Assembly (NCBI RefSeq): GCF_018977255.1
Contig: NW_024704743.1
Span: 25,856,001-25,920,000 of the forward strand
Source: Callorhinchus milii
Lineage: Eukaryota
Length of the DNA stretch: 64,000 bases
Direction: 5' to 3'
Below the pieces are notes generated by a model. It searched no databases and was not told the DNA's origin. It was given only the letters and a program-made list of their open reading frames with translations. Both the position numbers and the translations under genes were made by a program. Positions 37,106 through 48,900 of the stretch are shown here, in pieces (positions within the stretch are counted from its first letter, which is position 1; each line of letters starts with the position of its first letter).

Positions 37106-39678
37106 AGCCTGTGTGTAAGAGGTTGCAGAGAGGAGAGCCTGTGTGTAAGAGGTTGCAGAGAGGAGAGCCTGTGTGTAAGAGGTTGCAGAGAGAGAGCAGG
37201 AGAGCCTGTGTGTAAGAGGTTGCAGAGAGAGGAGAGCCTGTGTGTAAGAGGTTGCAGAGAGAGGAGAGCCTGTGTGTAAGAGGTTGCACAGAGAGGAGAG
37301 CCTGTGTGTAAGAGGTTGCAGAGAGAGGAGAGCCTGTGTGTAAGAGGTTGCACAGAGAGGAGAGCCTGTGTGTAAGAGGTTGCAGAGAGAGCAGGAGAGC
37401 CTGTGTGTAAGAGGTTGCAGAGAGAGGAGAGCCTGTGTGTAAGAGGTTGCAGAGAGAGGAGAGCCTGTGTGTAAGAGGTTGCAGAGAGCAGGAGAGCCTG
37501 TGTGTGAGAGGTTGCAGAGAGAGAGCAGGAGAGCCTGTGTGTAAGAGGTTGCAGACAGAGCAGGAGAGCCTGTGTGTAAGAGGTTGCAGAGAGAGAGCAG
37601 GAGAGCCTGTGTGTAAGAGGTTGCAGACAGAGCAGGAGAGCCTGTGTGTAAGAGGTTGCAGAGAGAGGAGAGCCTGTGTGTAAGAGGTTGCAGAGAGCAG
37701 GAGAGCCTGTGTGTGAGAGGTTGCAGAGAGAGGAGAGCCTGTGTGTAAGAGGTTGCAGAGAGCAGGAGAGCCTGTGTGTGAGAGGTTGCAGAGAGAGGAG
37801 GAGAGCCTGTGTGTAAGAGGTTGCAGAGAGAGGAGAGCCTGTGTAAGAGATTGCAGAGAGAGCAGGAGACCCTGTGTAAGAGGTTGCAGAGAAAGCAGGA
37901 GAGCCTGTGTGTCAGTGGTTGCAGAGAGCAGGAGAGCCTGTGTCAGTGGTTGCAGAGAGCAGGAGACCCTGTGTCAGTGGTTGCAGAGAGCAGGAGACCC
38001 TGTGTCAGTGGTTGTAGAGAGCAGGAGACCCTGTCAGTGGTTGCAGAGAGCAGGAGACCCTGTGTCAGTGGTTGCAGAGAGCAGGAGACCCTGTGTCAGT
38101 CGTTGCAGAGAGCAGGAGACCTTGTGTCAGTGGTTGCAGAGAGCAGGAGACCTTGTGTCAGTGGTTGCAGAGAGCAGGAGAGCCTGTGTTTGTGTGGTTG
38201 CAGAGAGCAGGACAGCCTGTGTGTGTGTGTGTGTGGTTGCAGAGAGCAGGAGAGCCTGTGTCAGTGGTTGCAGAGAGCAGGAGACCCTGTGTCAGTGGTT
38301 GCAGAGAGCAGGAGACCCTGTGTCAGTGGTTGCAGAGAGCAGGAGAGCCTGTGTCAGTGGTTGCAGAGAGCAGGAGACCCTGTGTCAGTCGTTGCAGAGA
38401 GCAGGAGACCTTGTGTCAGTGGTTGCAGAGAGCAGGAGAGCCTGTGTCAGTGGTTGCAGATAGGAGAGCCTGTGTATGTTTGGTTGCAGAGAGCAGGAGA
38501 GCCTGTGTGTGTGTGGTTGCAGAGAGCAGGAGAGCCTGTGTGTGTGTGTGGTTGCAGAGAGCAGGAGAGCCTGTGTCAGTGGTTGCAGAAAGCAGGAGAG
38601 CCTGTGGCATTGGTTGCAGAGAGCAGGGGAGCCTGTGGCAGTGGTTGCAGAGAGCAGGAGAGGCTGTGTCAGTGGTTGCAGAGAGCAGGGGAGGCTGTGT
38701 CAGAGGTTGCAGAGAGAGAGCAGGAGAGCCAGTGTCAGTGGTTGAAGAGAGAAAGAGAGCAGGAGAGCCTGTGTCAGTGGTTGCAGAGAGAGAGGAGAGC
38801 CTGTGTGAGTGGTTGCAGAGAGAGAGAGAGAGAGAGGAGAGCCTGTGTGAGTGGTTGCAGAGAGAGAGAGAGGAGAGCCTGTGTGAGTGGTTACAGAGAG
38901 AGAGAGAGGAGAGCCTGTGTGAGTGGTTGCAGAGAGAGAGAGGAGAGCCTGTGTCAGTGGTTGCAGAGAGAGAGAGGAGAGCCTGTGTCAGTGGTTGCAG
39001 AGAGAGAGAGGAGAGCCTGTGTCAGTGGTTGCAGAGAGAGAGCAGGAGAGCCAGTGTCAGTGGTTGCAGAGAGAGAGAGAGAGGAGAGCCTGTGTGAGTG
39101 GTTGCAGAGAGAGAGAGAGGAGAGCCTGTGTGAGTGGTTGCAGAGAGAGAGAGAGAGGAGAGCCTGTGTCAGTGGTTGCAGAGAGAGAGAGAGAGAGGAG
39201 AGCCTGTGTGAGTGGTTGCAGAGAGAGAGAGAGAGAGGAGAGCCTGTGTGAGTGGTTGCAGAGAGAGAGAGAGAGGAGAGCCTGTGTGAGTGGTTGCAGA
39301 GAGAGAGAGAGAGAGGAGAGCCTGTGTGAGTGGTTGCAGAGAGAGAGAGAGGAGAGCCTGTGTCAGTGGTTGCAGAGAGAGAGAGAGAGAGAGGAGAGCC
39401 TGTGTGAGTGGTTGCAGAGAGAGAGAGAGAGGAGAGCCTGTGTGAGTGGTTGCAGAGATAGAAAGAGAGCAGGAGAGCCTGTGTGAGTGGTTGCAGAGAG
39501 AGAGAGAGAGGAGAGCCTGTGTGAGTGGTTGCAGAGAGAGAGAGAGAGGAGAGCCTGTGTGAGTGGTTGCAGAGAGAGAGAGAGAGGAGAGCCTGTGTGA
39601 GTGGTTGCAGAGATAGAAAGAGAGCAGGAGAGCCTGTGTGAGTGGTTGCAGAGATAGAAAGAGAGCAGGAGAGCCTGG
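37106..39678. repeat. Minisatellite, about 30-40 bp unit GGAGAGCCTGTGT(GTAAGA/CAGT/GAGT)GGTTGCA(GA)n, three sub-domains
   Basis: Dozens of tandem units. The TAAGA variant runs to about 37890, the TCAGT variant to about 38780, and the TGAGT variant with longer GA runs to the end. Confidence 0.97.
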
Positions 39679-39779
39679 AGCTCACTGAACCATCTGTGTG
39701 CCTGTCACACACACACACAGAGCTGGAGCTGCTGCTGATGTTGAGGGTAATCAGACCAGCAGTGAAGGGAAGACCAAAC

Positions 39780-40465
39780 TGCTGCTGCATACCCCACAGC
39801 CACAACATTGCACACACACTCCCCCCCCCCCCAACCCCACCCTCTCTCTCTCCAGCCCATTCCACGGCATATTTCAAAGGAGAAAAGGGAGGGAGAGGGT
39901 TGTGTGTGTGGGAAGCTCTCTCCCTTTGAAATCTCGAGAGCTCCAACCACTTGTGGCTCCTTTCCCCCCCAACCCTACCTCCTCACACACCACTCACCCC
40001 CCCCCCCCCAAAGAAAAAGCCCTCGAGCGCTGAATGTGCATTGCTTCTTTTGCAAAGAAACCTGTTCGCAATCAAATAAAATCCTCAAGAGTCGAAAGAG
40101 GGCAAAAGGGCTTCCTGCATATTGCAGGCCAAGGGTGGTTCTTCCTGGTTGCCTGGGGCGGGCGAGGGAGAGAGGGTGCAGGAGGGTGCAGCAAAGTTTA
40201 ATTTCAACTTTTACCAGGAATATCTTCTTCATTGGTGGCTTCTCTCCCACTCCTGCGTATCAAAGCAATCTGATTGCAATTGTTTCCGCGGAAGACCTTT
40301 TTATCTCTTCCTCTTGATGTTTTTCAAATGTGTGTGGGAGAGGGAGGCGAGAGAAGGGGGTCTCCCTGAGGATGAAGTAAATTCAAGCAGATCGGTGATA
40401 TTCCAAAGTAACGCTGTTGCTTGTTCTGATGCTTGGATGTTTCATCAATGAGACCTTTGAAGTGT
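39780..40465. promoter_or_regulatory. Candidate NKD promoter/enhancer with TCF/LEF motifs
   Basis: Unique sequence with TTCAAAG 39873-39879, CTTTGAA 39924-39930, ATCAAAG 40259-40265, CTTTGAA 40455-40461 and a GGGGCGGG GC-box near 40155. Nkd genes are established Wnt/beta-catenin feedback targets. Confidence 0.5.
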
Positions 40466-40606
40466 GGGCATATTCTCAACTCCGTAAACTCCGTGATGTG
40501 TGAGACAGAGCTACATACTGATAAGCTGCATGGATATCATTTTCTCTTCATGTCGCTCCCTTTCTCCCTAACATTCAATGCTGGGGGAATGCCGAATTTT
40601 GGAGGT

Positions 40607-41457
40607 ATTAATAATCCTTGCATTTGATATAGCGCCTTATCACGTCTTCGAGACGTCTCAAAGCGCTTCACAGAATATACTGTAAAGTGAATCGACTGTA
40701 TTTTGTGGATGAAACAAGGCAGCCAATTGCACACTGCAGTGTCCCACATACCGTCATGGATTAAGTGACCAAATTATTATTATACTTGTTTTTTGAAGGG
40801 ATTATTACCAGGCAGGTTCACCAGAATGTTACCAGGCCTAAAACGGTTAAATTACGAGGAAAGGCTGCGTAAACTTGGATTGTATACCCTTGAGTTTGGA
40901 AGATTCAGGGGTGATTTGATTGAGGTATTTAAGATGATAAAGGGATTTGATAAGGTAGATACAGAGAAGCTATTTCCTCTGGTGGGTGAATCCAAGGCAT
41001 AGTCTTAGAATTAGAACCAGGCCATTTAAGATTGAAATCAGAAGCATTTTTTCATTCAAAGGGTGGTAAAAATCTGGAATTCTCTCCCCCAAAAGGCCGT
41101 GGATGCTGGATCCATCCACACTTTCAAGAGTGAGGTTGATAAATTTTTGGTAGGTCAGGGTATTAAGGGATATGGGGAGAAAGCAGGAAATTGGAATTGA
41201 AAGGATTTGTTGAGGTACAAATCAGCCATGATCTAATTAAATGGTGGAACAGGCTCGAAGGGCTGAATGGCCTCCTCCTGTTCCTATGTTCCTATCCTCA
41301 GAAAAGCAGTCCATCAACAAGGGTTCCAACTTACTGCTAGGTAAACAGAGGCGTGTGGAGCAAAGAAACTTGCCAAGCGTTTCGCTGTGCCTAGGAATCA
41401 AATCCAAGTCTGCTTGCTTGCAAGGCGAGTGCTCTAACCACAAAGCTACAGGACTCC
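40607..41457 (-). mobile_element. SINE family A, long form, split by the CR1 fragment at 40810-41296
   Basis: 3' half at 40607-40809 and 5' half at 41297-41457 rejoin as attattacc|cctcagaaaagc. Confidence 0.88.
40810..41296 (+). mobile_element. CR1-clade LINE 3' fragment
   Basis: RFTRMLPGLKRLNYEERLRKLGLYTLE..RGDLIEVFK; 3' end gggctgaatggcctcctcctgttcctatgttcctat. Confidence 0.92.
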
Positions 41458-41855
41458 ATGAGGTGTCGTCCTTCGGATGAGGTATTAAAATGATGCCCCA
41501 CCTGCCTATCAGTGGGACGTTAAAGATCCCATGCCACTATTCTAAAAGAAATGAATTTTCCCGCTGTCCTGGCCAACAGTTCCCCAAATAAAATTAGTCA
41601 TTCAGTTCATGGCTGTTTGTGGGATATGTTTGTGGCTACTGCATTTGCCCACAAAGTCACTCCACTTTGCAGTATATCCTGTAAATCCTTTAGGGACATC
41701 CAATGTGAAACACACAATTATAAAATGTAAGGATTATTATTATATTACTTTGGACAGTGGAGTGGGAAAATGGTAAAGAAACATTGGCAAGTCAAAAAAA
41801 CGTGTTGGAGGAATGCTGACTTGTTAGAGTGCTGTCCTTTTCTGTCCACTAAGGT

Positions 41856-42228
41856 GGATGTCCTGTAGCTTAGTAGGTTAGCGATTAGAGCACTCTCCTC
41901 ACAGGCAAGAGGACCTGGGTTAAATTCCTGGGAAGGACCAAATGTTAGGCAATTTACCTTTCTCCACTCATCTCTGCTCAGTAAGTAGGAACCCGGTTGT
42001 TAGGCGATTGGTGGATTGCTTTTCTGGGGGTAATAATCCCTTCAAAAATAAATAAATAATAATTTGGTCACTCAACCCACGACTGTTTATGGGACACTGC
42101 TGTGGACAATTGGCTAGCGCGTTTTGCCTACAACATATACAGTCAATTAATTTTACAGTATATTCTATGAAGCACTTTGAGACGTCTTGAAGACATGATA
42201 ATATATATCAAATGTAAGGATTATTTTA
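41856..42228 (+). mobile_element. SINE family A, long form, diverged
   Basis: Same architecture as 53216-53532. Confidence 0.85.
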
Positions 42229-43059
42229 TAAACAAACTACAATGAGCCAATACTGTATGAGGACTACAAGTCTTGATCCAAGAAAGTCTAGCTTCTGAGT
42301 TGCAGCTGAAGTGAAGATCAGACCATCCTCTTGGGGGCATAGGGAGAGAAGCAGGGCCTCATTGGAGCTGAGCTGGCTCCAAGGTAATATGCTTTTGTAA
42401 CGGAATGTCTGAATCGAGTCAACCCTCCGCGGTGGTCTCAGTAGTCCTGTTGCTGAGCCAAGTGGGTTTGCAGTATACTTAGGCGCCAGCCATCCTGGCT
42501 CTTCAGCAGGGCGTGGAGGAGCAGACTGCTCACTGAGGTAGGAATGCTTTCCACTTGGCTTCTGTTAACCATGCAAGCCAAACCTCTAGGGTGGGTCCTA
42601 GCTGGACAAACAGCAGGAAGTTTGTCGGTAATGGCAAACTATGTGATATTAACTAGTTATACTCCCATAGCGTGGCTCTCGCCAACCTAATACTCTCCAG
42701 ATTCAGGTAAAGAAGGTGTGTCTTTCCAGGGAAAGAGTGCACATTACATTCCAAATACAAGGAAATGCAAATTCCCATTTGTTGGTGCCATACATTCGTG
42801 GTACTATCAGACTGGTTTCATACTCTTAAGCATGATGATGGGTTTTCACATGTGTCAGATACTCGGTTGACCAAATAAAACTCAGGTCAGCAGTTTGCCT
42901 GAGATAGATTATGATTGGCAAAAGATTATTGGGTCTCAGTCACTGCCTGTAACATGAGTACCTAGGCCCTCGCCCTTTGGCACAGATTCCTGATCTTTAC
43001 TTTCAGATTGCTGTCACCAGCTGCTCATTAACTAACCAAGGCTTTGAATTTGGTAGCTA

Positions 43060-43460
43060 TTATTATAATAATAGTATTTGAATAGCACCTTATCAGGTCA
43101 AAATGTCTGAAAGTGCTTCAAGGAGATTTTCTGTAAAAACTGTAGGCAAACAAGGCAGTCAATTTGAGCACGACAATGTCCCACAAACATTATGAAGTGA
43201 ATTTTGTTTTACTCTAAGGGATTGTTGGCCAGGACAGAGGGAGAGAATCCTTCTCTTTTGGATTGGTGCCATGCGATCTTTAACATCCACCTGAGTCATC
43301 AAAAAAGGACAGCACCTCTAACAAGTCAGCGCTCCTCCAACACTGCACTGGCATGTCAGCCTTGACTATAATAATCCTTACATTTGAGCTCAAGTCCCAT
43401 CATGGATCTTGAACTCACAACCTTCTTGACTCAAGAGCATCAATAATTGAGCTAGGGTGA
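43060..43460 (-). mobile_element. Deu-domain SINE (family B)
   Basis: Reverse complement of the Deu core (gttggccaggaca..gtgccatgcgatctttaacatccacc) and head. Confidence 0.78.
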
Positions 43461-43762
43461 AAACACACAGGTAGAAGCTAATGGCAAACCCTTTCATGGG
43501 AACATGCAGTATCAATTGCAGACTCAGACACCAAATTAATTTGTTTAAGGAAACACTTTCATTGATGTTTAAAGAATAAAGTTAAACCCCAGGGATGAGG
43601 GGTTATAATTATGAGGAGAGTTTGGAAAACTTGAGTCTGTTTTCATGCAAGCTGAGAAGTTTGAGAGGTGAACTGATAGAGGTCTATAAAATGATGAGTA
43701 GTTTTGCCAGGGTGAATAGGGAGATGCTATTTCCATGAGTAGGTGGGTGACTAGAAGATACA

Positions 43763-44040
43763 GATCCTGTAGCTCAGTGGTTAGAGCACTCATCTCGAAA
43801 GCGAGAGACCTGGCTTTGATTCCTGCAGGGCGAAACCTTGGGCAAGTTTCCTTACTCCCCATGCCTGATAATAATCCTTCAAGGAAATAAATAAAATAAC
43901 AATTTAATCACTCAATCCATGACTGTTTGTGGGACACTACTGTGCACATTGAATATATATTAAATATATATATTATAAATTAAATGGAATATATATTAAA
44001 TATATATTAAAACTATATCAAATGCAAGGATTATCATTAA
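43763..44040 (+). mobile_element. SINE family A with AT-rich replacement in the body
   Basis: tcctgtagctcagtggttagagcactc head; tail tatcaaatgcaaggattat. Confidence 0.8.
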
Positions 44041-44449
44041 GTGAATTGACTATATTTTGTGTGTGAAATGCAGCAGCCAATTGCGCACAGCAATGTGTCA
44101 CAAACAGGTGTGGATTGAGTGACCGCATTAGATAGAGAGAGGATACAAAACAATACAAAATTAGATTTGTATAGCGGCTTTCCTGTCGGGAGGACAACCT
44201 AAGGTGCTAGACAGTGAGCAGTTTGGACCTGAGCAGGGGGTTGGGATCAAGAGGTTGGAGGGCAGGGAGGGTAATCATTTTTCTTTGGCCCTGTTTTAAG
44301 TTTAAAGATTACATTTCAGAATATTGCAAGTAGCAATTAAGTTTTCTCAGATCTAGTTGTTGCTGCAGGGATAATATACATTTACAAAGTGTAAAGCTTT
44401 AGTAACTACAGTGGTGCCCATTGATTTGAGAAACTATCACAGTCCAGAG

Positions 44450-45000
44450 GCAAAATTACACTTGTATAGCGGCTTTCACAATGGAAGGACTTACCAGGGT
44501 ACTGCACAGTCAGGGATTTGGACCCAAGCAGGTGTGGTTTGGGATCAGGATGGGTAGAGGGCAGGGAGGGTGGCTGAAGGCACGGTCGAAGAGGAGGACC
44601 TTGAAATGTACCTTGAAGGAGACAAGGGAGTGAGGCGAAGCGAATATGGGATGGATTTCCAAAGTGTGGAGACTGAAGGCCCAACCAGTGGTGGGATGGG
44701 CCAGGCGGGAGCCTGCTGAGCTGAGCAAGTGGACAGGTTGATATGGGGCTAGCAGATCACAGAGGTAGGAAGGAGCAAGGCCGTGGAAGGCCTTGAGGGT
44801 GAGGACGAGGATTTTGAACACTATCCTCTGAGGGATGGGGAGCCAGTGGAGATGAGCAAGGATGGGGTCACGGAGCCTGGTAAGGGAGAGGACAAGAACT
44901 ACAGAGTTCTGGATGATCTGCAGCTTGTGGAGGAAAGACTTTGGAAGGCCGATAAGCAGGGAGTTGGCTTAATCAAGTCTAGATGTGATAAATGCGTGGA
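44450..45000 (-). mobile_element. L2 3' fragment (a second short L2 tail lies at about 44145-44275)
   Basis: [19 protein letters not shown] in ORF 44510-44821; 3' UTR homologous to the other copies. Confidence 0.85.
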
Positions 45001-45689
45001 TGAGATGGAATGGTAGAGGGAGGGCATTCCAGAGGTTAACCAAAGAGTCCGTGCTTGTCTGGTGCCCTACCTTGCCCTAGTGACTAATTTGCTTGGTGAC
45101 ATGTTTGGCAATGGAATGACGGAATAACAACCGGATTCCTATTTACTGCCAGCCCTCAGTGGCCGTCTCGGTAGTATGATTCCTGAGCCAGGCCAATCCA
45201 CGGTACTCCAGGACACTGTTGATGCCAAATAAGCCAGCTTGACCCATCAGCAGGACTTCAGGGCAGACCAGTGACTAAGTGTAGATGCTCTTCCCACGCA
45301 GTTCCTGTTAACCCTATAAAGTGCAGCAAGGCTTGTGACAGATATATATGTAGGCAGAAGACACTAAGGAAGATGTAAACACATATCAACCAGGTGGCAA
45401 TGTCTGTAGAAAAATCTTTTCATTTATCTGATATTATTTTGTGCATGGATATGGTTTCACGAACTTATGTGTTGTGCACCACCAAGACCCATAGTTTTCA
45501 TTGTTTCACAGTCCTGTATGTGTATATATGTATACATGTGTGTATATATATATAGCGTGACCAAAATGTTGTGACACCATTACAATGTCTAATAACTCCA
45601 TATGGATATACACACAGCATGACCAAAAAGTCATGACACCATTACAATGTCTAATAAGTCTTAAAGAAATTTTATATATATATATATAT

Positions 45690-45994
45690 AGCTTCACAAA
45701 TTTTTGTGAAGTGAATTGATTTTGTGGGCGAAATGCGGCAGCCAATTACATGCAGCAGTGTCCCACAAACAGTCTTGGATTGAAGTGACCAATTTATGCT
45801 AATTATTATTTTGAAGGAGTTATTAACCCCGGAAAAGCGATTCGCCAATCGACTAACAACTGGTTCATATTTACTGCTAGGTAATCAGAGGTGTGTGGAG
45901 TAGGGAAACTTGCCCAACATTTCGCCCTGTTGGAAATCAAACCCAGGTCTCTCACTTGTGAGATGAATGCTCTAACTACTGAGCTATAGGACTC
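45690..45994 (-). mobile_element. SINE family A, long form
   Basis: Reverse complement of head (gagctataggactc) and body. Confidence 0.85.
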
Positions 45995-48900
45995 AGTGTG
46001 TGTGTATATATATATATATACACCACACACATTTCAGGCCTTTGGATAAACTGGATGCTGAATCCTGAAAGTATCACGGGAAAACTCAGAGGAATTTTAC
46101 ATGTATAAATTAATGCATTTTTTCCCCCCCAAATTACAGCAAACACCTTAATTTAGATCACTAATTCTTTGTATATAATTTTAACCCCTTAGAATGCTAT
46201 CCTTACTACACAGTGACCAAGGCACAAAACAGTTGTCTTCCGAGAAATATGCAGCAGAAATACAATTCAGTAATCTCATAAATGACCATTGCACCGTCAG
46301 CAGGCAGATGTGATTAAGTGTTTCAACTGAGCTGTGCTTTCATGTTTGTATCAGCAAGTCAAAGGCACTGAGAGTGCCACCATTAATTATGGCCTAACAC
46401 TCACAATTCATGAAACCAGTCTGGAAACTGATACCAGATTAGATGATGCATGGGAAGAAATGCTTTTGCTGCTTTTAATTTTGCTAAGCAGATTCCAGGT
46501 TGTGGATGATATATAACCAACCTTTGGACCTTTACGCAAAGAATGTCATACAAAACACTCACATATCTGGAACAGATAATGATGCTTTCCAGGGACAATA
46601 CAAACCAGAAAGTCACCGGTTCAAATCGTAGTCTATGGGTTAGCTGTTCTCACCTGGGGCAATGACTATTCCTGGTTTATAAACCATGATCAATCCACAG
46701 ATGTGACCACTTTACCTTGTGCCTATTAAGCATAAACACCAGTTGAGGGTTGTTGGAATGTTTTTGAAACTGCAATGTCTTCCTCTGTGAATGTGCTGTA
46801 AAAAGGGCATGAGCCACGATCCTGGTCATTCCCAATAACTTTCCTCACAGCCATTCCTTCACCTTTCCTTCAGTGACCTCATCCCTGAGTATTAAAGTTA
46901 TATGCTGCGCTAAGGGACACAAATTGACACAATTAACCCAACAAAACAGCAGCACATCTTGAATTTCCAATCCTTTTCCACTATCTAACAGCACTATACT
47001 ATGCTATTTAGGAATGTTTATTTTACTGTTAGAAATTGCTCCTTGGAGAAGCTAATGCTTCTGAAGCAGAAACTTTGGCTCTTCTTCAACTGGAATGTCA
47101 GCCTAATCTATGAATTAACTTGTCCAGTCAGGCTGGGCCAGGCAGAATATTATCAGTATGAAGAATATTGAGGTTGTCCATGAAAGCTTGAATTATTGGA
47201 AAATTGTCTATCTCTGCTACCGTGCCAACCACTGTACATTGTGGTCCTAAATGTTATCATCTCTATCTGCATGACTGACAGCAATGGTGATATCGTGCAT
47301 GCCATCAGAATTCCAACCTTTAATCACTGCCAACCCGTAATATATCTTGGCTCTAAAATGACTGTTGAAGTGCTCACAATATCTCACTATCATTGAAAGC
47401 TTCATAAAAGAACTGCGCACTTTTATAGATTGGAACCGGCCAACTCCATGTACATTCACCACATCCAACAAAATTACATTCAATGGCTTTTTCCGATCTG
47501 CAATTTTAATTGTGTACCAAATTATTTGGTATTCAATATCAAACGATTTACAATAAGAAAAGGGAATGAGATTAAGAGTAGATTCTCCATTGTGGCATTA
47601 CAAACATGAAGGGCCAAATTCTGATTCTATCATCATGCTTTGCATGTCCAGAAAATCATCAAATTCCAACCTCTGATCTTTATATCTCAATATACTCATT
47701 ATTATCATAAGTCACATTATACTCACAAACTATCACCCTGAAAATGATTTCACCATGAGTAAAAAATGTACCAATCTCCATAGCACATTTATCCTTTGGG
47801 ATGTAAATCACTTGTCACAGGTCTGATACCAGCACCTCCCTTCGGATATACTTCAGAAGCTTCCATGGAGCATTACACAGATTTGGGTAATACACATAAA
47901 AGATCATAAATGTTGGGTAGTGCCGGTGACCAGATGTGTGACAAACCAATGCAGGGGAGTTTTGCTGCTACATAATCTTCTCCAGGTGCACCAAAGCATA
48001 GTTCCCATGGGGTGACATGCCCCTCCAATCTCTTCCCTTTCTGACAAACACTTATGACCTCCTGAGCTCCAGTTGACTCAGCTCTGCAATTGGTGCAGTA
48101 ATGTTTCAAATTGACTCATCCTCCAAGCTGAGTAAATTGTAAGTTGCCTTCAAGTATGGTCTTAGCTAATGCTGTGTGAATACAACACACTTCCCCACGT
48201 GAACTATGTTCTGGTGCTCCTGGAAGGAGATTGTGTTGAGGTACGATTCAATATTTATGATCCTTTATGAATCAAGATTATGAATACAGGGAACCCCAAT
48301 GTCTTTTCCGTTTGTTTGTAGTTCTATTTGGAACTATATGGTCATGAAAATGGTTTGTGCTACTTTTGACTATTAAAATAAGCAAAGGCAAATATTAGAA
48401 ATAATATAATAAATATGAAATATATTGATTAATTCTATAATTATTCTTTGGATTTGGATCACAAATGTAAACTGCTATTATGTTTTCAGTGATATACAAA
48501 TCTTTTGAGAGATATTAAAGATGTTAAAGAAATGAAGGCATTGATTTATCCACCTTGATAAATTCTTTATTTCAATATCATGAGCTAATTGCAGTTGGTT
48601 TAAAGCCTGCTGAATCGGGTCTAGAGCAATCTTATATGATAGCTATCTTACCTATCAAGACTCTGGTATCTCTCAAGCCGCTTTAGGTTATACTGCACGT
48701 CTGTTCTAGTCTGCTTCAGCCGGTGCAAATGACAGTATGTTTGCTTTTAGGAAAACAGACCATCATATCTGTTTATCTATTTATCTGACACAAGGGAGCA
48801 ATAACAGAAACAGAGATTGATTTTCATGCCATAGTTGGCTTTCCCAGTGTTCTGGGAGTAGCCAGAAAGGATTCCGTTCTGTGAGTGTGCAGTTGATCTG

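Noticed and set aside
37106..39678. Resemblance to a CRISPR array (regularly recurring 30-40 bp units)
   Set aside because: No unique spacers, no cas genes, vertebrate context; it is a head-to-tail tandem repeat.
37435..39946. Cys/Arg/Glu-rich repetitive ORFs up to 480 aa
   Set aside because: Products of the minisatellite; several frames are open, units vary by 2-nt steps, and there is no unique domain.
45515..45690. Two copies of an about 40-bp unit among (TA)n/(TG)n runs
   Set aside because: Simple local tandem duplication in slippage-prone sequence, with no further structure seen.
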